64,000 nt of DNA, taken from the NCBI RefSeq assembly GCF_039654945.1, contig NW_027361677.1:18538001-18602000 (forward strand), given 5' to 3'. Of this stretch, positions 11,901 to 24,600 are shown piece by piece. Under the pieces are notes generated by a model. The model made no database searches. It was given only the letters and a program-made list of their open reading frames with translations, and was not told the origin of the DNA. Within the stretch, counting starts at the first letter, position 1, and each line of letters starts with the position of its first letter. Origin of the DNA: Dendrobates tinctorius (lineage: Eukaryota). Position numbers and translations under genes: made by a program.

Positions 11901-14900
11901 GTGATAAAGAAAGAGGGATTTTGGGTTCTTACCGTAAAATCTTTCTTGGAGCCTTCATTGGCGGACACAGCTCCCTCCCTGTTTAAGTTGTACCGCCTTG
12001 TTGGGTTGGTACATATGTTCATGGTTTTTGGTTGCTTCTCCTACTGCTTTCTCACCAACTGAGGTACTTGATGCCTGTCGGTGGGTGTATACTGCCGGGG
12101 AGGAGCTAATTTTCTTGTTTTGCATAGTGTCAGCCTCCTAGCAGCAGCATACACCCATGGTCATCTGTGTCCCCCAATGAAGGCTCCAAGAAAGATTTTA
12201 CGGTAAGAACCCAAAATCCCTCTTTTTGGGTCCCATTTACAGCCACTAGAGTTGTATGGAGTAGTGTAAGAGTTAGCAGCACTCACTGGAAACCTGTGAT
12301 CTGGGGGTGGGGGGTGCGGTGCGGTCGCTGGGAGTTGGACCCATACTTATCTGCTAATGACTGCCCACCCTATGTATTGGTCATCCATATTGAAACCCAA
12401 GAAAGTTCCTTTAACAGTCAGAGGGAGTAGACGGTCAGATCTGATTGCTCAGTCTCCATACTGGACTCGGGGCATGAGCAAAGTTGGTCGCCATATCTAA
12501 AGGTGTAGTGTTAAGTTTGGAAGTTATTCCTGGGGTTCTAGTCGACCCTGAGAATCGGGTCCTATTCTCGCGGACCCCCAGTGTATCCTGGTTTTTATTT
12601 TATTTATTTTTAAAGTGATTATTTTTCTGCAAATAATTAACCCTCCCGGTTCTAAGTGCCTAGAACGATAAATCTTGAGTGTGTGAATCTGGCCCGGACT
12701 TGCTGCTTGCATGTAATGGAGGCATTTTAAATAGTGACGACATCACAACCTGACGGGGTTAATTGAAAGAAAACTTCTCGCGTTATCGCCTACGTGCAGC
12801 TCTGTCTTCGTATATGGTTTTTACTCCAATGTTTATTAAATGGAGCATATGGTTCATGAATTTTATGAAAGAGTTTAGTTTTTTTTTACTAAATTTTAGT
12901 GGATATTGCAGATTCTTACTCTGTAAAATTTGCTTCACTTTTTTTTTTTTTTCCGTAGGAGCAGCACTGCCAAATACTGCAGAACTGCTCCTATCCTACA
13001 GATGGATATCACTATATCCTTTCTGAAAAATCCCTTTTAAATAAAAGGAGAATCTAATCAATATTTTTTTTTTTTTTTTTTTTGTTCTCTCCCCCCCCCC
13101 CCCCCCCCAGTGTTTGAGCCCATGCACCCAAACAGAAGTCCAATATGAGACCACTTCATCTTTGGGGAAGAAGATAAAGGACTTTGTCAATGTGACTTTG
13201 TCTCCACAAAGTGGGTTACCGAAGACCGGTCCAGCAGTGCCGGAGGCGAAGGTAAGTCGCATCATCCCCAGCTATGAAAATGGGACATAAACAATCTGCA
13301 CTGCGATAACAAATGAAACTCTGCTCAACCCCTTGACAGCTTTTGGTGACTTGCACTTCTTGTTTGCAATAAATGCAGAGTTCTGTAGTGGATTTGTGTT
13401 GTCACTGCTGCAGCATGTCCAAAATAAGAGTAGTTTACCCCATTGCTAGATAGATTTGTCTGTACTAAACAGTCAGTGCATGGACCTTAAGAAGAAAGTG
13501 GCCTGCGATAAGAATTTTCTGATGACAAAATATTGAAGAGGTTGTCCATTACTTAGATATGGATTGGTCATCAATATTAGATCGGTAGAGATTCACCATC
13601 CAGCCCCCTCCGAGCAGGTTGTAGTTCCTACAAAGTGCTGTAATCTATGCAGTAGCTGTTTCAGGGTAATGCAGCTCAGCTCCTTTTCACTTCAACAGGA
13701 CCTGAGAACAGTCACTACACAGTGTACAGGGCTGTGCTGGTGCCATACTTTGTACACCCAGCTGCAAATGCCTGATTAGTGGGGAGTGTCAAGGGTCATA
13801 ATTGCTTAGGCCTTGATAACCACTTTAATTTGTTTTCTTGCTTCCAGGTTTCATCCAAGGAGAATCTAGAGCTAAAATCTCGGTTGCAGAAGATACAGGA
13901 GCTCGGCCAAAGATTAAAAGTTCCTGCTGCTCCACTCGAGAGCAAAGTTACAATCACAGACTTAAAGGCAAGACTCCAACAAGCACAAGCCCTCGAGTCC
14001 AAGATCAGGGAGAGGAAAGCCGAGAAACAGAAAGTCGCGACACAGGAGCCAAACAGGGAAAGGTGAGAAGTTCCAGGAAGACTTTTGGAATCTGTGACTT
14101 GTAGTTTTCTATAGCACGGTCTTTCCAGGAAGGTCACCATTACTCCTGTCTTGCAGTGAGAAGGCTCCGGCCTATGAGCGATTCCACACCCTCGCCCAGG
14201 ATGTTCCGCCTGGACTGTTGCTACCGTTCAGGTACAAAGTATTGGCAGAAATGTTCCGCAGCATGGACACCATTGTCGGGATGCTCTGCAACCGATCTGA
14301 GACCGTCACTTTCTCCAAAGTGAAGCGGGGAGTCCAGGACATGATGCACAAGTGAGTATTAAAGTTCTGATCACACGATGCAAGTCCTTTTATAGAACCA
14401 GAAACTGTAGATCAGTCATATTTAGAAATAAACAATACCACTTTTTTTCTATAATTTATCTTGCAGACAGTTTGAGGAACGTAATGTTGGACAGATTAAA
14501 ACAGTTTACCCAACGGCCTACAAGTTTAGACAGGAGAAGAATATTCCCACCTTCAAGAATGGCGAGAAGAAGTCTGATTATCATCTCACTATGGAGCCGA
14601 TTGTTCCGGAAGGTGAATTGTTAAATTTACAATGTGGTTGTCTGACTTCTGCCATTACTTGAGGATTTCTTAAAGCGAGTCTGTTACCCACAAAATGAAA
14701 AATTCATCTACTTAATCATTTATATAGGGAACTTAAACCCAGTAATAAACATTAAAGTGTTGTATTTGCTGGAAAATTGACTTTTTATCCATATGCAAAT
14801 GTTGGAGCTTCAGTTCACTATTGCGTCCTCCATTTTAATCTTGTCCAGCTCTGCACCTTGTCTTGATTGACAGCGCTCACTTTCTCACAGCACGATGCCT

Positions 14901-17054
14901 AGACTCAAATATCTGGTCCTGCTCTTGCAAACTAATGCTGGTGTCACACATGCGAGAAACTCGCACGAGTCTCGCATCTCAATACCCGGCATTGCCACCG
15001 GCACTCGGGACCGGAGCGCTCAGCTGCATAGAAATACATACAGCTGAGCGCTCCGGTCCCGAGTGCTGGTGCAGTGCTGGGTATTGAGATGCGAGACTTG
15101 TGCAAGTTTCTTGCATGTGTGACCCCAGCCTAACACTATCTGAGCATGTGGTCGCCCTCTGAGCTCTGGCTCATGAATGCGGCATCAGGAGTAGCAATCG
15201 GCATCCATAGACTGGCACGAATGTGCATTTTGGGGTTGACAAATTCTCTTTAAAATGTGGATGTTTCTCATTTAGACTGTGAGCCCCATCGGGGACAGTG
15301 ATGATAATGTGTGCAAACTGTAAAGCGCTGCCGAATATGTTAGCGCTATATAAAAATAAAGATTATTATTATTCTTGCCTGTCCTGACACTTGTTAATAT
15401 CTTGATCTTGTAGAAGATAGATTGGACGGTCGCCTTCTGCTCACAGCGAGTCGCCTCCTGGAGCGCAGGAAGTTCTTTCATAGAAGCCTTACTGATATTG
15501 TGAAGCAGCACCACAGAGTAAGTGCTGGATGCTGTTCACATGTTTGCACCCACCATATTACTACACTTCCAGAATCTAATCATGTCCCATCCTATAGTCT
15601 TTCCTGGCGACATTGAATCCCCCCATGGTGGTGCTCGACTCTCAGCTGACCCGCTGGCACCCCCGGTTTAATGTTGATGAGGTCCCAGATGTCGTGGCAG
15701 CTGAACTTCCACAACCGCCCCAAGTGCAGAAGCTGAGCACCGCACAGGAGGTGCTGAGTAAAGCTAGAGGATTGATGACCCCGAAGGCGAGTCTTATGCT
15801 CAGCTATTTACTTTGTTCTTTGCACATTTCATTACTATATTGATTTTATGTTCGCGTTTACCTCTTTCTGCAGATGGAAAAGGCCCTTCAAGATCTGGCA
15901 TTAAGAAATGCAGAGAGTAATGCTGAAGACACACAGCCTGAATCTCCAGCGGAGCCTAAACCTGCTGTTGCTGCACCCAGTGCCCTGAAAGGAGTATCCC
16001 AGTCCCTACTGGAAAGGGTAGGTAGAGTTTAGAGAATGCATTTTCCAAGTAATGGTTCAGCAGCCACATTGAAGTCTTGTGATTGCTTCCTACTTGCTGG
16101 AATCACTGGTGCCTCTTTTGATTTATTGACTGGTGTGATGCATGCACACACATCATACTGGGCCTACTAGTCAGACAGTGGCAGATGGGTGGGGTTGCAG
16201 GTCTCTCCTGACATGGCTTCTGCACCAGGGTTTTGTTCCTCTAGCATAGTTTTGAAGCATTTTACCCTAGGAGCGTTCAGTCTGTAATGTCTGCTCTTCT
16301 AGATTCGAGCAAAAGAGGCTCAGAAGCTTCAAGCCATGATGACCCGCAAACCCCAGCAAGAAGAACGTCTCCTTATGATGTCCAGGCTCCCAGAGCTTGC
16401 CCGCATTCTGCGTAATGTGTTTGTGGCAGAGAAGAAGCCATCCCTGACTGCGGAAATTGTGTGTGACCGTGTAATCTCCAGTTACCGATCTTCAATGTCT
16501 GCAGGTAAGGAAAAGCTTCATCAATGACATCCGGCTCGGGCTTTAAAATCAGTGGGGTGTGGGGGGATACCCCTTACTGATGCCAAAATATTAACTTAAA
16601 TCCAAAGGGTGGAAAACCCTTTCCATCTGACAAAGGTGCAGAATATTGAGCCATGCACCTTATATCAGATGGTTCTGGGTTATGTCATTGTTTTCATTTG
16701 TGGGCAGGGTCCTCTCTCCTTCTGTACTTGCTCATACTTATTGTACTTGTCTATGTATGCCCCTCTTTCACATGTAAAGCGCCATGGAATAAATGGTGCT
16801 ATAATTAAATAATAGCAATCAAAGATCTTACACATGGCATTGATTACTTGGTCTAATGTCGCCCTTGTCTTTGATTCTTTTTGCCCGAAGGAGAGATGGA
16901 GAAACATCTGTCGTTACTGGTGGAGCTGCTCCCGGGCTGGCTCACCGTTCATCCCATCAGGAAGGACACTTACTACAAACTCAACAAGACATCGGACTTG
17001 AATCTGATTTTGGAAAGACTGGACAAAAAAATGAAGGAAGAGTCGGCTCACTGA
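5655..17054 (+). CDS. CDT1: DNA replication licensing factor Cdt1, spliced gene (10 coding exons, ~592 aa)
   Basis: Exons 5655-5933, 13111-13251, 13848-14062, 14157-14351, 14467-14612, 15414-15517, 15598-15786, 15874-16017, 16303-16504, 16891-17054 join in frame (1779 nt). N-terminal PIP degron [14 protein letters not shown]; geminin-binding region [21 protein letters not shown]; [13 protein letters not shown]; C-terminal [22 protein letters not shown]...EMEKHL. Confidence 0.97.
6252..12225 (+). mobile_element. Full-length but decayed DIRS-type tyrosine-recombinase retrotransposon (DIRS-A) in CDT1 intron 1
   Basis: Left ITR ~6252-6385 complementary to right ITR ~12057-12225; ICR ~11878-11990 complementary to both ends; gag with CxxC/CxxC (7526-8950), RT YLDD and RNase H TTDAS (8982-10790), YR RRVSEL/HSTR (10778-11800); many stops and frameshifts. 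Confidence 0.95.
13111..13251 (+). CDS. CDT1: CDT1 exon 2
   Basis: Polypyrimidine tract + AG; open 47 codons CLSPCTQ...PEAK; donor GTAAGT. Confidence 0.85.
13848..14062 (+). CDS. CDT1: CDT1 exon 3
   Basis: TTCCAG|[19 protein letters not shown]...; donor GTGAGA. Confidence 0.9.
14157..14351 (+). CDS. CDT1: CDT1 exon 4
   Basis: [38 protein letters not shown]; AG and GTGAGT boundaries. Confidence 0.95.
14467..14612 (+). CDS. CDT1: CDT1 exon 5
   Basis: [29 protein letters not shown]; AG/GT boundaries. Confidence 0.95.
14936..15130. mobile_element. Palindromic PIF/Harbinger-type MITE
   Basis: Near-perfect hairpin flanked by TAA. Confidence 0.8.
15414..15517 (+). CDS. CDT1: CDT1 exon 6
   Basis: [26 protein letters not shown]; donor GTAAGT. 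Confidence 0.93.
15598..15786 (+). CDS. CDT1: CDT1 exon 7 (ends at a GC donor)
   Basis: [30 protein letters not shown]...MTPK|GCGAGT. Confidence 0.92.
15874..16017 (+). CDS. CDT1: CDT1 exon 8
   Basis: [11 protein letters not shown]...[13 protein letters not shown]; AG/GT boundaries. Confidence 0.94.
16303..16504 (+). CDS. CDT1: CDT1 exon 9
   Basis: [15 protein letters not shown]...[19 protein letters not shown]; donor GTAAGG. Confidence 0.95.
16891..17054 (+). CDS. CDT1: CDT1 exon 10 (last coding exon)
   Basis: [32 protein letters not shown]...TGA; ATTAAA at 17541. Confidence 0.95.
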
Positions 17055-17214
17055 TTGTCAGACATTTGTTTTCAGACGGCTTTGATTTTCTCTCTTTGGG
17101 ACCTGGTTTTTACTTTTTACAGGGTGCAATAATTTTTAAGTCTGTTCATCTGGGTGCTGCCCTTGTATAACTCCATGGGACGGGAGTCATTACAACTTTT
17201 GAGACCCTGTTCAC

Positions 17215-17255
<41 letters not shown>

Positions 17256-18218
17256 CTTCTTTCATCTTAAAGTATTTCTGGATCTGCTACAGCTGTCTTT
17301 TTATTTTACTTCACGATGGATTAGTAAATCTAACAACAAAGATGGAGCCTTTCAACAAAATGCAAAGAATGGTGCAGGAAGTAATCCAGAAACTAGGTGT
17401 GAACGGAGCCTGACTTTGTAATGCAATTTAGTTTTATAGAGCTTTTTAATTGTAACTTTTAGTTCCACGCTGTCCCATGTCAACCTGGCTCTTCATCAGT
17501 TTTAGATTAACATTGCAAATTTCTGTATTTCCCAATTTGGATTAAAAGAATTTGTTACTCTTTGACTTTCTGATGCTCGCTATGCATCGTCTTGAAAGCA
17601 TAAATTGTTTTATAGAGCAGAGGTGGGGCCCCTGAGGACCATAAGTGATTGTCACTTGGTATGCTCCTCAAGCAGGTTCCTAATAAGTCGTAGTCCTTGA
17701 GCCGCTGTCCTTTTAACTCTCCCATGGCGTATGTGCACGCAGTATTCACTACTGAACAACACATCCAACGCTCAACTGGGTATCATGCTGGCAAGTACCA
17801 AAGGTTCTTTGCAGAGTTGGTGGGCTCTCTGGCACGATGTACAGGCGGCGGTCTTTGCGACTCTCTGGCACGATGTATATACGGCAGTCACTGTGGCTCT
17901 CCAGTGCTGTCTACATTGAGTTTAGACCCCTTTTAGAGGATATAAAGTTTGGGAATGCTTCTTTTGGTTTAATATGGCTGGAACATTATACATATCAAAA
18001 TGGCTCCTGGCAGAATTAGCCATTACATATGGGATCACAATAGAGCGGTCAGGAAACTAGGTGAAAAGGAGTATAACAGGTATTTGCACTTCAGGAGATA
18101 ATTGTTGCTCTGTCCGCTTTTTTTTAATTTTTGTTATAATTTGCAAATCTAAAGGGGTTGCCGCCTTCCTTGACTTCTGCATCAGAAGCAGCGTTAATCG
18201 CATCCGCTGATCACCTTA

Positions 18219-18700
18219 GGGCCCCGTCACACATAGCGACTCACCAGCGATCCCGGCAACGATATGAACTTGTCAGGACCGCTGGTGTGACGCTACATGA
18301 TCGCGGGTGAGCTGCCAAACAGGCAGATCTCACCAGCGATGACGGGCGCGCGTTGCTGTGTACCTTAGATACCAGCGCGCTGGTAGCCAAGGTAAACAGC
18401 GTTTCTAAGCGCGGCACTTAGAAACCTGCTGTTTACCTTGGTTATCAGCTCCCTGCACCAGCGCGCTGGTATCTAAGGTACACTGCGGGTTTCTAAGCGC
18501 AGCGCTTAGAAACCCGCTGTTAGCCTTGGCTACGAGCTGGGAGCTCGCTGATCGTTGCTCTCCCGCTGCCACACGCAGCGATGCGCGCTGGCCAGCGGGA
18601 GACCAACGATCAAAAAAAAGTCCAGGGCTTTTGAGCACGATCAGCGATACCCGCCAGGGGGGCCAGTCGCTGATACCTGTCACACACAGCGATAGGGCGC
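18219..18700. mobile_element. Harbinger-type MITE with internal inverted repeats (partial)
   Basis: TTA-GGGCCCCGTCACACA start; internal palindromes GTTTCTAAGCGC...CTTAGAAAC. Confidence 0.6.
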
Positions 18701-19423
18701 TTTAGGCCCATGATGGAAGGACTGAGGTCTATTGTGCAATCAGCTGCAGGTCAGCAACATCCAGCAATTTTACCCTGATCTTGACATATCGATCACATGC
18801 GCTTATCTGACTGGACTGTAACACTGCCAATGGGGGCCTTGCTGCTCCCCAGTATTGGTCACCTTTCTGTACTCGGTATATTTTCTGTATTCAATCTGCT
18901 CAGCACTTTACTTCATGTGATTTCATCCTACTGTAATATAAAGTAATTCTGATGACAGGCAGCACCCAGAGAGCAGGTGTCTTAATTTTCTAAGGGGTAA
19001 TGTTTCTCCTTGTGAAGTGACAAGCCAGGTCTGGCGCATCAGAGTAAGTAGACTTGGGGTACGTTCCCACGATCAGTATTGGGCAGCGCTTTGGACGCAG
19101 TACATGTCCGCTCCGTCCAAAGCGCTGTCGGTGTCTGAACGCTTTTGACTCCTCATATATTCATTGAACCGTGTGGGATCACCACCTCCTATGCATTGTA
19201 CTAGTGACTTTATCTTGCGGAGACTGAGCATCTCCGCAAGATAAATAGACATGCTGCAGTCTGGAAAGATGCACCGCATGTGCGTGTCCACAGGGAAGCT
19301 GCGGGTGCCGATGCACGCGTAGTGGAGATGGGATTTCTTGAAATCCCATCCATTATGCTGTAACTTCTGGCCGCTGCGGATGTACACGGGTCGACTCATC
19401 CCTACTGATAACACCTCCATATA

Positions 19424-20969
19424 AACTGTGTTCCAAATTATTATGCAGAAAGAGTTTAGGAGTGATAAGGTTAGAATTCTTTTGTCATTTAAACTCATTG
19501 ATCGTGATGTGTGTCAGGGCTCTTTATATCACTGAAAGCAATTGCAGATACCTGTGCACATTAGTTTGGCAGGTGTGTCCAAATAATGGCAAGACTACTT
19601 AAGAAGGCTGTTCCACATTATTAAGCAGCCTACATTTTTTGCCAAAATGGGAAAGAAAAGATGTGTTGGCTGCTGAGAAGCAACAAATTGTGGAGTATTT
19701 AGGTCAAGGCATGACTACAATCAACATTGCCAAGACACTTCATCGTGCTCATCGTACAATCAAGAAGTATGTAGCTGATTCCCAGCACACATGTGTGCGT
19801 GCGGATAAGGAAAAATTGAGGACTCTTTCCAACAGGCAATTGCGTCAGGTTAAAAGAGCAGCTGCAAAAATGCCTTATCATAGCAGCAGACAAGTTTTTG
19901 AAGCTGATGGTGCCTCTAACGTCCCCCGAACAACAAGATGCAGGGTCCTTCAGAGGTTTGCAGCTGTGCGTAAGCCATCCTGTCGACCATCTCTATCCAC
20001 TGCACACAAGCAGAAACGGCTCCAGTGGGCCAAACGATACATGAAGACTGACTTCCAAACTGTTCACCGATGAGTGCCGTGCAACGCTCGATGGTCCAGA
20101 TGGATGGAGTGGAGGATGGATGGTTGATAGACACCTCATGAAAACACGGCTAAGGCGCCAACAAGGAGGAGGTGGAGTAATGTTTTGGGCTGGAATCATG
20201 GGGAGAGAGATTGTCGGCCCCTTTAGGATCCCTGAAGGGGTAAAGATGAACTCCATAATCTATGTGGAGTTTCTAAAACAGCACTTCCTGCCATGGTTCA
20301 AGAGGAAGAACCGTGCTTTCCGCAGCAAGATCACTTTCATGCATGATAATGCACCGTCTCATGCTGCAAATAACACATCTGCATCTCTGGCTGCTATGGG
20401 AGGACAAACTTATGGTGTGGCCACCATCTTCCCCTGACCTCCACCCCATTGAGAACCTCTGGAGCATCATCAAAAGGAGTGCCTATGATGGCGGGAGGCA
20501 GTTCACATCTAAGCAACAGCCCTAGGAGGGTATTCTGTCCACATGCAAAACAACTGAAGCACAAACCATCCAAAAACTGACAAATTCAATGGACGAGAGA
20601 GTTCAGAAGCTTCTTTCCAACAAGGGGTCCTATGTGCAAATGTAACATCATGAAGAATAAAGTTTTCACTTGAAAACTGTTTGATTTTATTTTGTAATAA
20701 GCTGATAATGCTTATAATTTCACAATTGACCATTTTTTTTGTTCAAAATAAAAAGGTTGAAAACTCTGCTGTGCATAATAATTTGGAACATGCAGTTTGA
20801 GTGTTTATTATTTTAAAAAATATACTGTTTTCATCGGCAGTTTGTTCAAAAACATTGCAATTATACTAGAATATTAGATGACTGGAAAATAACAATGACT
20901 GCAATTCATATAGGTAATTTAGAGAAGATATGAGGAAATATTTTTTGCATAATAATTTGGAACACAGTG
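19424..20969 (+). mobile_element. Tc1/mariner DNA transposon with frameshifted DD34E-type transposase
   Basis: TIRs (C)ACTGTGTTCCAAATTATTATGCA with flanking TA; DEC, HDNAPSH and SPDLHPIENLW motifs in ~19647-20645; internal direct repeat of the TIR core at ~20772. Confidence 0.93.
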
Positions 20970-21499
20970 TAGAGCAGATAACACAGGATCCACCATTCAC
21001 GATAGGTAATGTCACAGCTCACCTCCTCCTCTTGTACCTTTTTAAGACAGATGCACAGAGCAGTGTTTTGCAACGCCAGGTCCTGCCGTGAGTGACATGA
21101 GGCTGACCAGTTCGTATGGATCTGCCGCCTGTCCATGGTTGTGACTGTGTGAATCAGTCTTAAGATGAAAACACCAGACAGCTTTGACTTTACACTTTTG
21201 ACAGTGAAGATTGAGAGTTTGTGCAGTAATTGCCGATGAATTTCTGGGACAATTCGATTAAGAATAATAGTCTAAACCCTGGCAACTCATTATATGATGA
21301 TGTCATGGCAAAAGTAAAACTGATTTATGATTTGCACTTCTGTTTATTGTGTACCATTGAGGTAGAACAATATGACAATGTGGCCCCCAGGTAACACTGC
21401 CTGCTCCATAACCTTACAGGAGACATTTCTTGGGTCCCTTTATTAAGCACAGGTGCTTATTTTGGTCCTGGTTCCCTGTAAACCAGTGATCCTGTGCAA

Positions 21500-21642
21500 T
21501 CAGTCGTACTGCAGCAGTGCGTGGACCGGGTGAGGCCGGAGCTTCTCTGCCCCCTTTAGTGCTGTCAGCTCGATGAGGACCAGACAGATCAGGATGTCGG
21601 CATTTATTTTCGTCAGTAGTTCGCAGGCTGCAGCCATCGTCC
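21500..21642 (-). CDS. APRT: APRT exon 5
   Basis: [47 protein letters not shown]; minus-strand AATAAA at ~21439-21444 and 21343-21348. Confidence 0.95.
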
Positions 21643-24600
21643 CTGCAAATAAGACATTGGGTTACTGTGGTTGGGGTGTTTGAGGACTAATAATGGCGGC
21701 TCTTCTTTTGACTAGTTGAACCTGAATTGACATCATCATTGCTCAAGGCCAGCTAATCAAAAGAAGAGCCACAGATTCCGGTAGGTCGGAGGCTCCCGTC
21801 CATCAGTCACCGATTTCCAATCAAGTAGAATCCAAAAAGTGCAGGTAACTACTAGCACAAAAAAGAGGGAAGTTGAGTGCCATAGAAATGCAAAATTTTA
21901 TTGAGAAACAAAAACTTTCAAAAAGTAAAAAATCAGGGACAGAATATGCAAAAGAAGCCACCCATTTATGACTGACTATAACAGAAATCCAAATCCATAT
22001 AATAGGCAATTGGACAATTGTAAAAAATGATTCAATGCAGGAGTACAAAAGACAAGCAAAAAAAAAAAAAAAAAGGTGTCACTGAATGATACTGTTGGAA
22101 AATTGTAAGAAATGATTCAAGGTATCAGACAACTTTTTTTTTTTTTTTTTTTTTACTTGTTTCTTGTAGTCCTGCATTGAATCGTCTCTTACAGTTGTCC
22201 AACAGGAGTACGAGAGACAAGCAAAAAAAAAAGTCATCACGGAATGAGGCCCACATTGTGTAATTTCTTTAACTTTAGAATTTGCAATAGTATTTAGATA
22301 GGTTTTATTTATTGGAATTGTTGCTAATTTGCCTCTGAATAAACATCAGAAAATTTGCATAGCAAAATAATCTGATTCTTTATATCCACAAAAATAGTTC
22401 AAAGTACTGAAACTTGTAAGCACTAATTATGTAGCAGTAAAAGGAAAACTGATATAGAAACAAGAGCCAACTCTAAATTTTCATTGTGAGATTTGATTTC
22501 AGGAGGTGAAAATCATTGAGAAAGGTCTCATGTCATAACATACCCTGACAACTTCTGAAAATATGTAGAGCAGACACTGGCGTGGCTGATAGAGCAGGTC
22601 TCGAGGTTTACTTTGTACCAACTCTACTAAATTGTCCATCATTGAACTTCTTCTGGACATTTGAGGTCGGTGCTAAGTCTCCCAGCGGTCACATGACATT
22701 GTCACCTGGCCACTGCAGCCGATCAGTGACTGATCGGCTACAGCCTTTTCTGTTCCTTTCTGACGGAATACTGAAAGGCTGAAGCAGTTGTGAGATTCTC
22801 AAGACACACAGCACTGATCCGGAGAGAAAGTACTTTCTTCAAATGATGTAATTTAGCTGTTATGAATATGCAGTCGTTAGCAACCACTTTTAGAATCATA
22901 GAATCGTAGAGTTGGAAGGGACCTCCTGGGCCATCTGGTCCAACCCCCTGCTCAAAGCAGGATTCGCTAAATCATCCCAGTTAGATGTCTGTCCAGCCTC
23001 TGTTTGAAGACTTCCATTGAAGGAGAACTCACCACTTCTCGTGGCAGCCTGTTCCACTCATTGATCACTCTAACTGTCAAAAAGTTTTTTTTTAATGGCA
23101 TCTGGCTGCAATGCTACACACAGAATGGTGTGGCATTGTTTTTGGAAGAATTTCATAAAAATCTGACATTGGTATATAGACGAGAAGTGATATTTACCTC
23201 CGGTGGCCAATAAATCATCGATTATCACAACCTTCTGTCCGGGGTCCACCGCATCAGTCTGGATTTCAATCTCAGCCTAGAGAAACCACAAAATACAGAT
23301 ATGAAATATTAACACGTCGGTAACCCCACTAGGACATAATTGTATATATTAATCTTGAGTTTTATTGTGGGCCTATAAAGGGGTTGCCCAATATTCCGAG
23401 AATCCCCTCTGAATCCCTACGTTTCCCCCTTGTAAAATAATAACACCTATACTCATCTCCGGTGTCGGAGCAATTCCAGCAGTGTCAACACTAGCTCTCC
23501 ATTCTCCCGGAGCTCATTTTTATTCGGTCGTCCATGACAGCACCACCTGAGAGAGGGGATCCGCCCTTTAGGAACAGGAAACCTACAGATACAAAAGGGT
23601 GGCACCTCTCCGACTCATCAGTTGGTTTCCTGTTCCTAACAAGGACAGAACTCCCTACAGATCGTCCGTCATGGATAACTGAAGACCCAGGCCAGCGGAC
23701 CGGCTCAGGTAGCGGGGGGTTCTCCTACCTCGGTCTCGCTGGGAGCCCTGGATGCGCCACGGTGGGTCCGGGTAGGATTTCCACGGCAGTGGTAAGAGCA
23801 GGCGGAGACAGGGTCCGGCGGATGCCTTCTCCATGGGACCGGTGATAAGGGGTCCCCCTGTGTCTCCTTCCCCGGAGCGGTCCGTTCGGGCGGGCGCCGC
23901 CGGCGGTGTCCCACAAGGGAGCGACGGTTCCGAGCCGGCGGCGCGGTGCTAGCCCCTTGCCGCGCGTCGCGGAAGTGACGCGGCGGAGGGGGCGGGGCCT
24001 AGTGCTGAAACCGGAAGTCGGATGCCGGTCGACTTCCGGTTGTTGAGGACACGCGCCGATGCGCGCCCGCCGCCTGGCGGGCCTGAAGGGGAGGGGGAGG
24101 ATCGCAGAGCGGTCCTATGGGGGGCCCGAACACCGGACGCAGTGCCTGCTGATCCGGAGGGGAAGCCTTCTTAATGCAGAAGGCATTGCTGCTGAGGTGC
24201 TTCTGGAGGCCCAGCGATGGACACAACAGAAGCCCCCATGGACCCACAAGAGGTGCAGCCCGTGGCAAAGCACCCCAGTGACCAGCCTAAGAGGCGGAAG
24301 GAAGGAAGTGGACAGAGCCACAGTAGCTCCTCTAGGCTCCTGCAGCCCCCCGTGATCCGGTACCTATCCTCATCTGCAAGGGTAAGAGATCTGCGAGAAT
24401 GTACCCTGATGCAGTGTCCCTTTATATTTTTTTGATTCTCAGGGGAAGAAGGCCACAGGGAAACAGAAGCACAAGGAATGTGCCCTCTGTAGTTGCCCCT
24501 TACCAGATGGTCACCCTAAGAGATTATGTCAGTCTTGCGTGAGACAGACGGTAGGGACGGAGATGAGGGGTAGAACGTGAGTGGAGTATCAGACTCTTAT

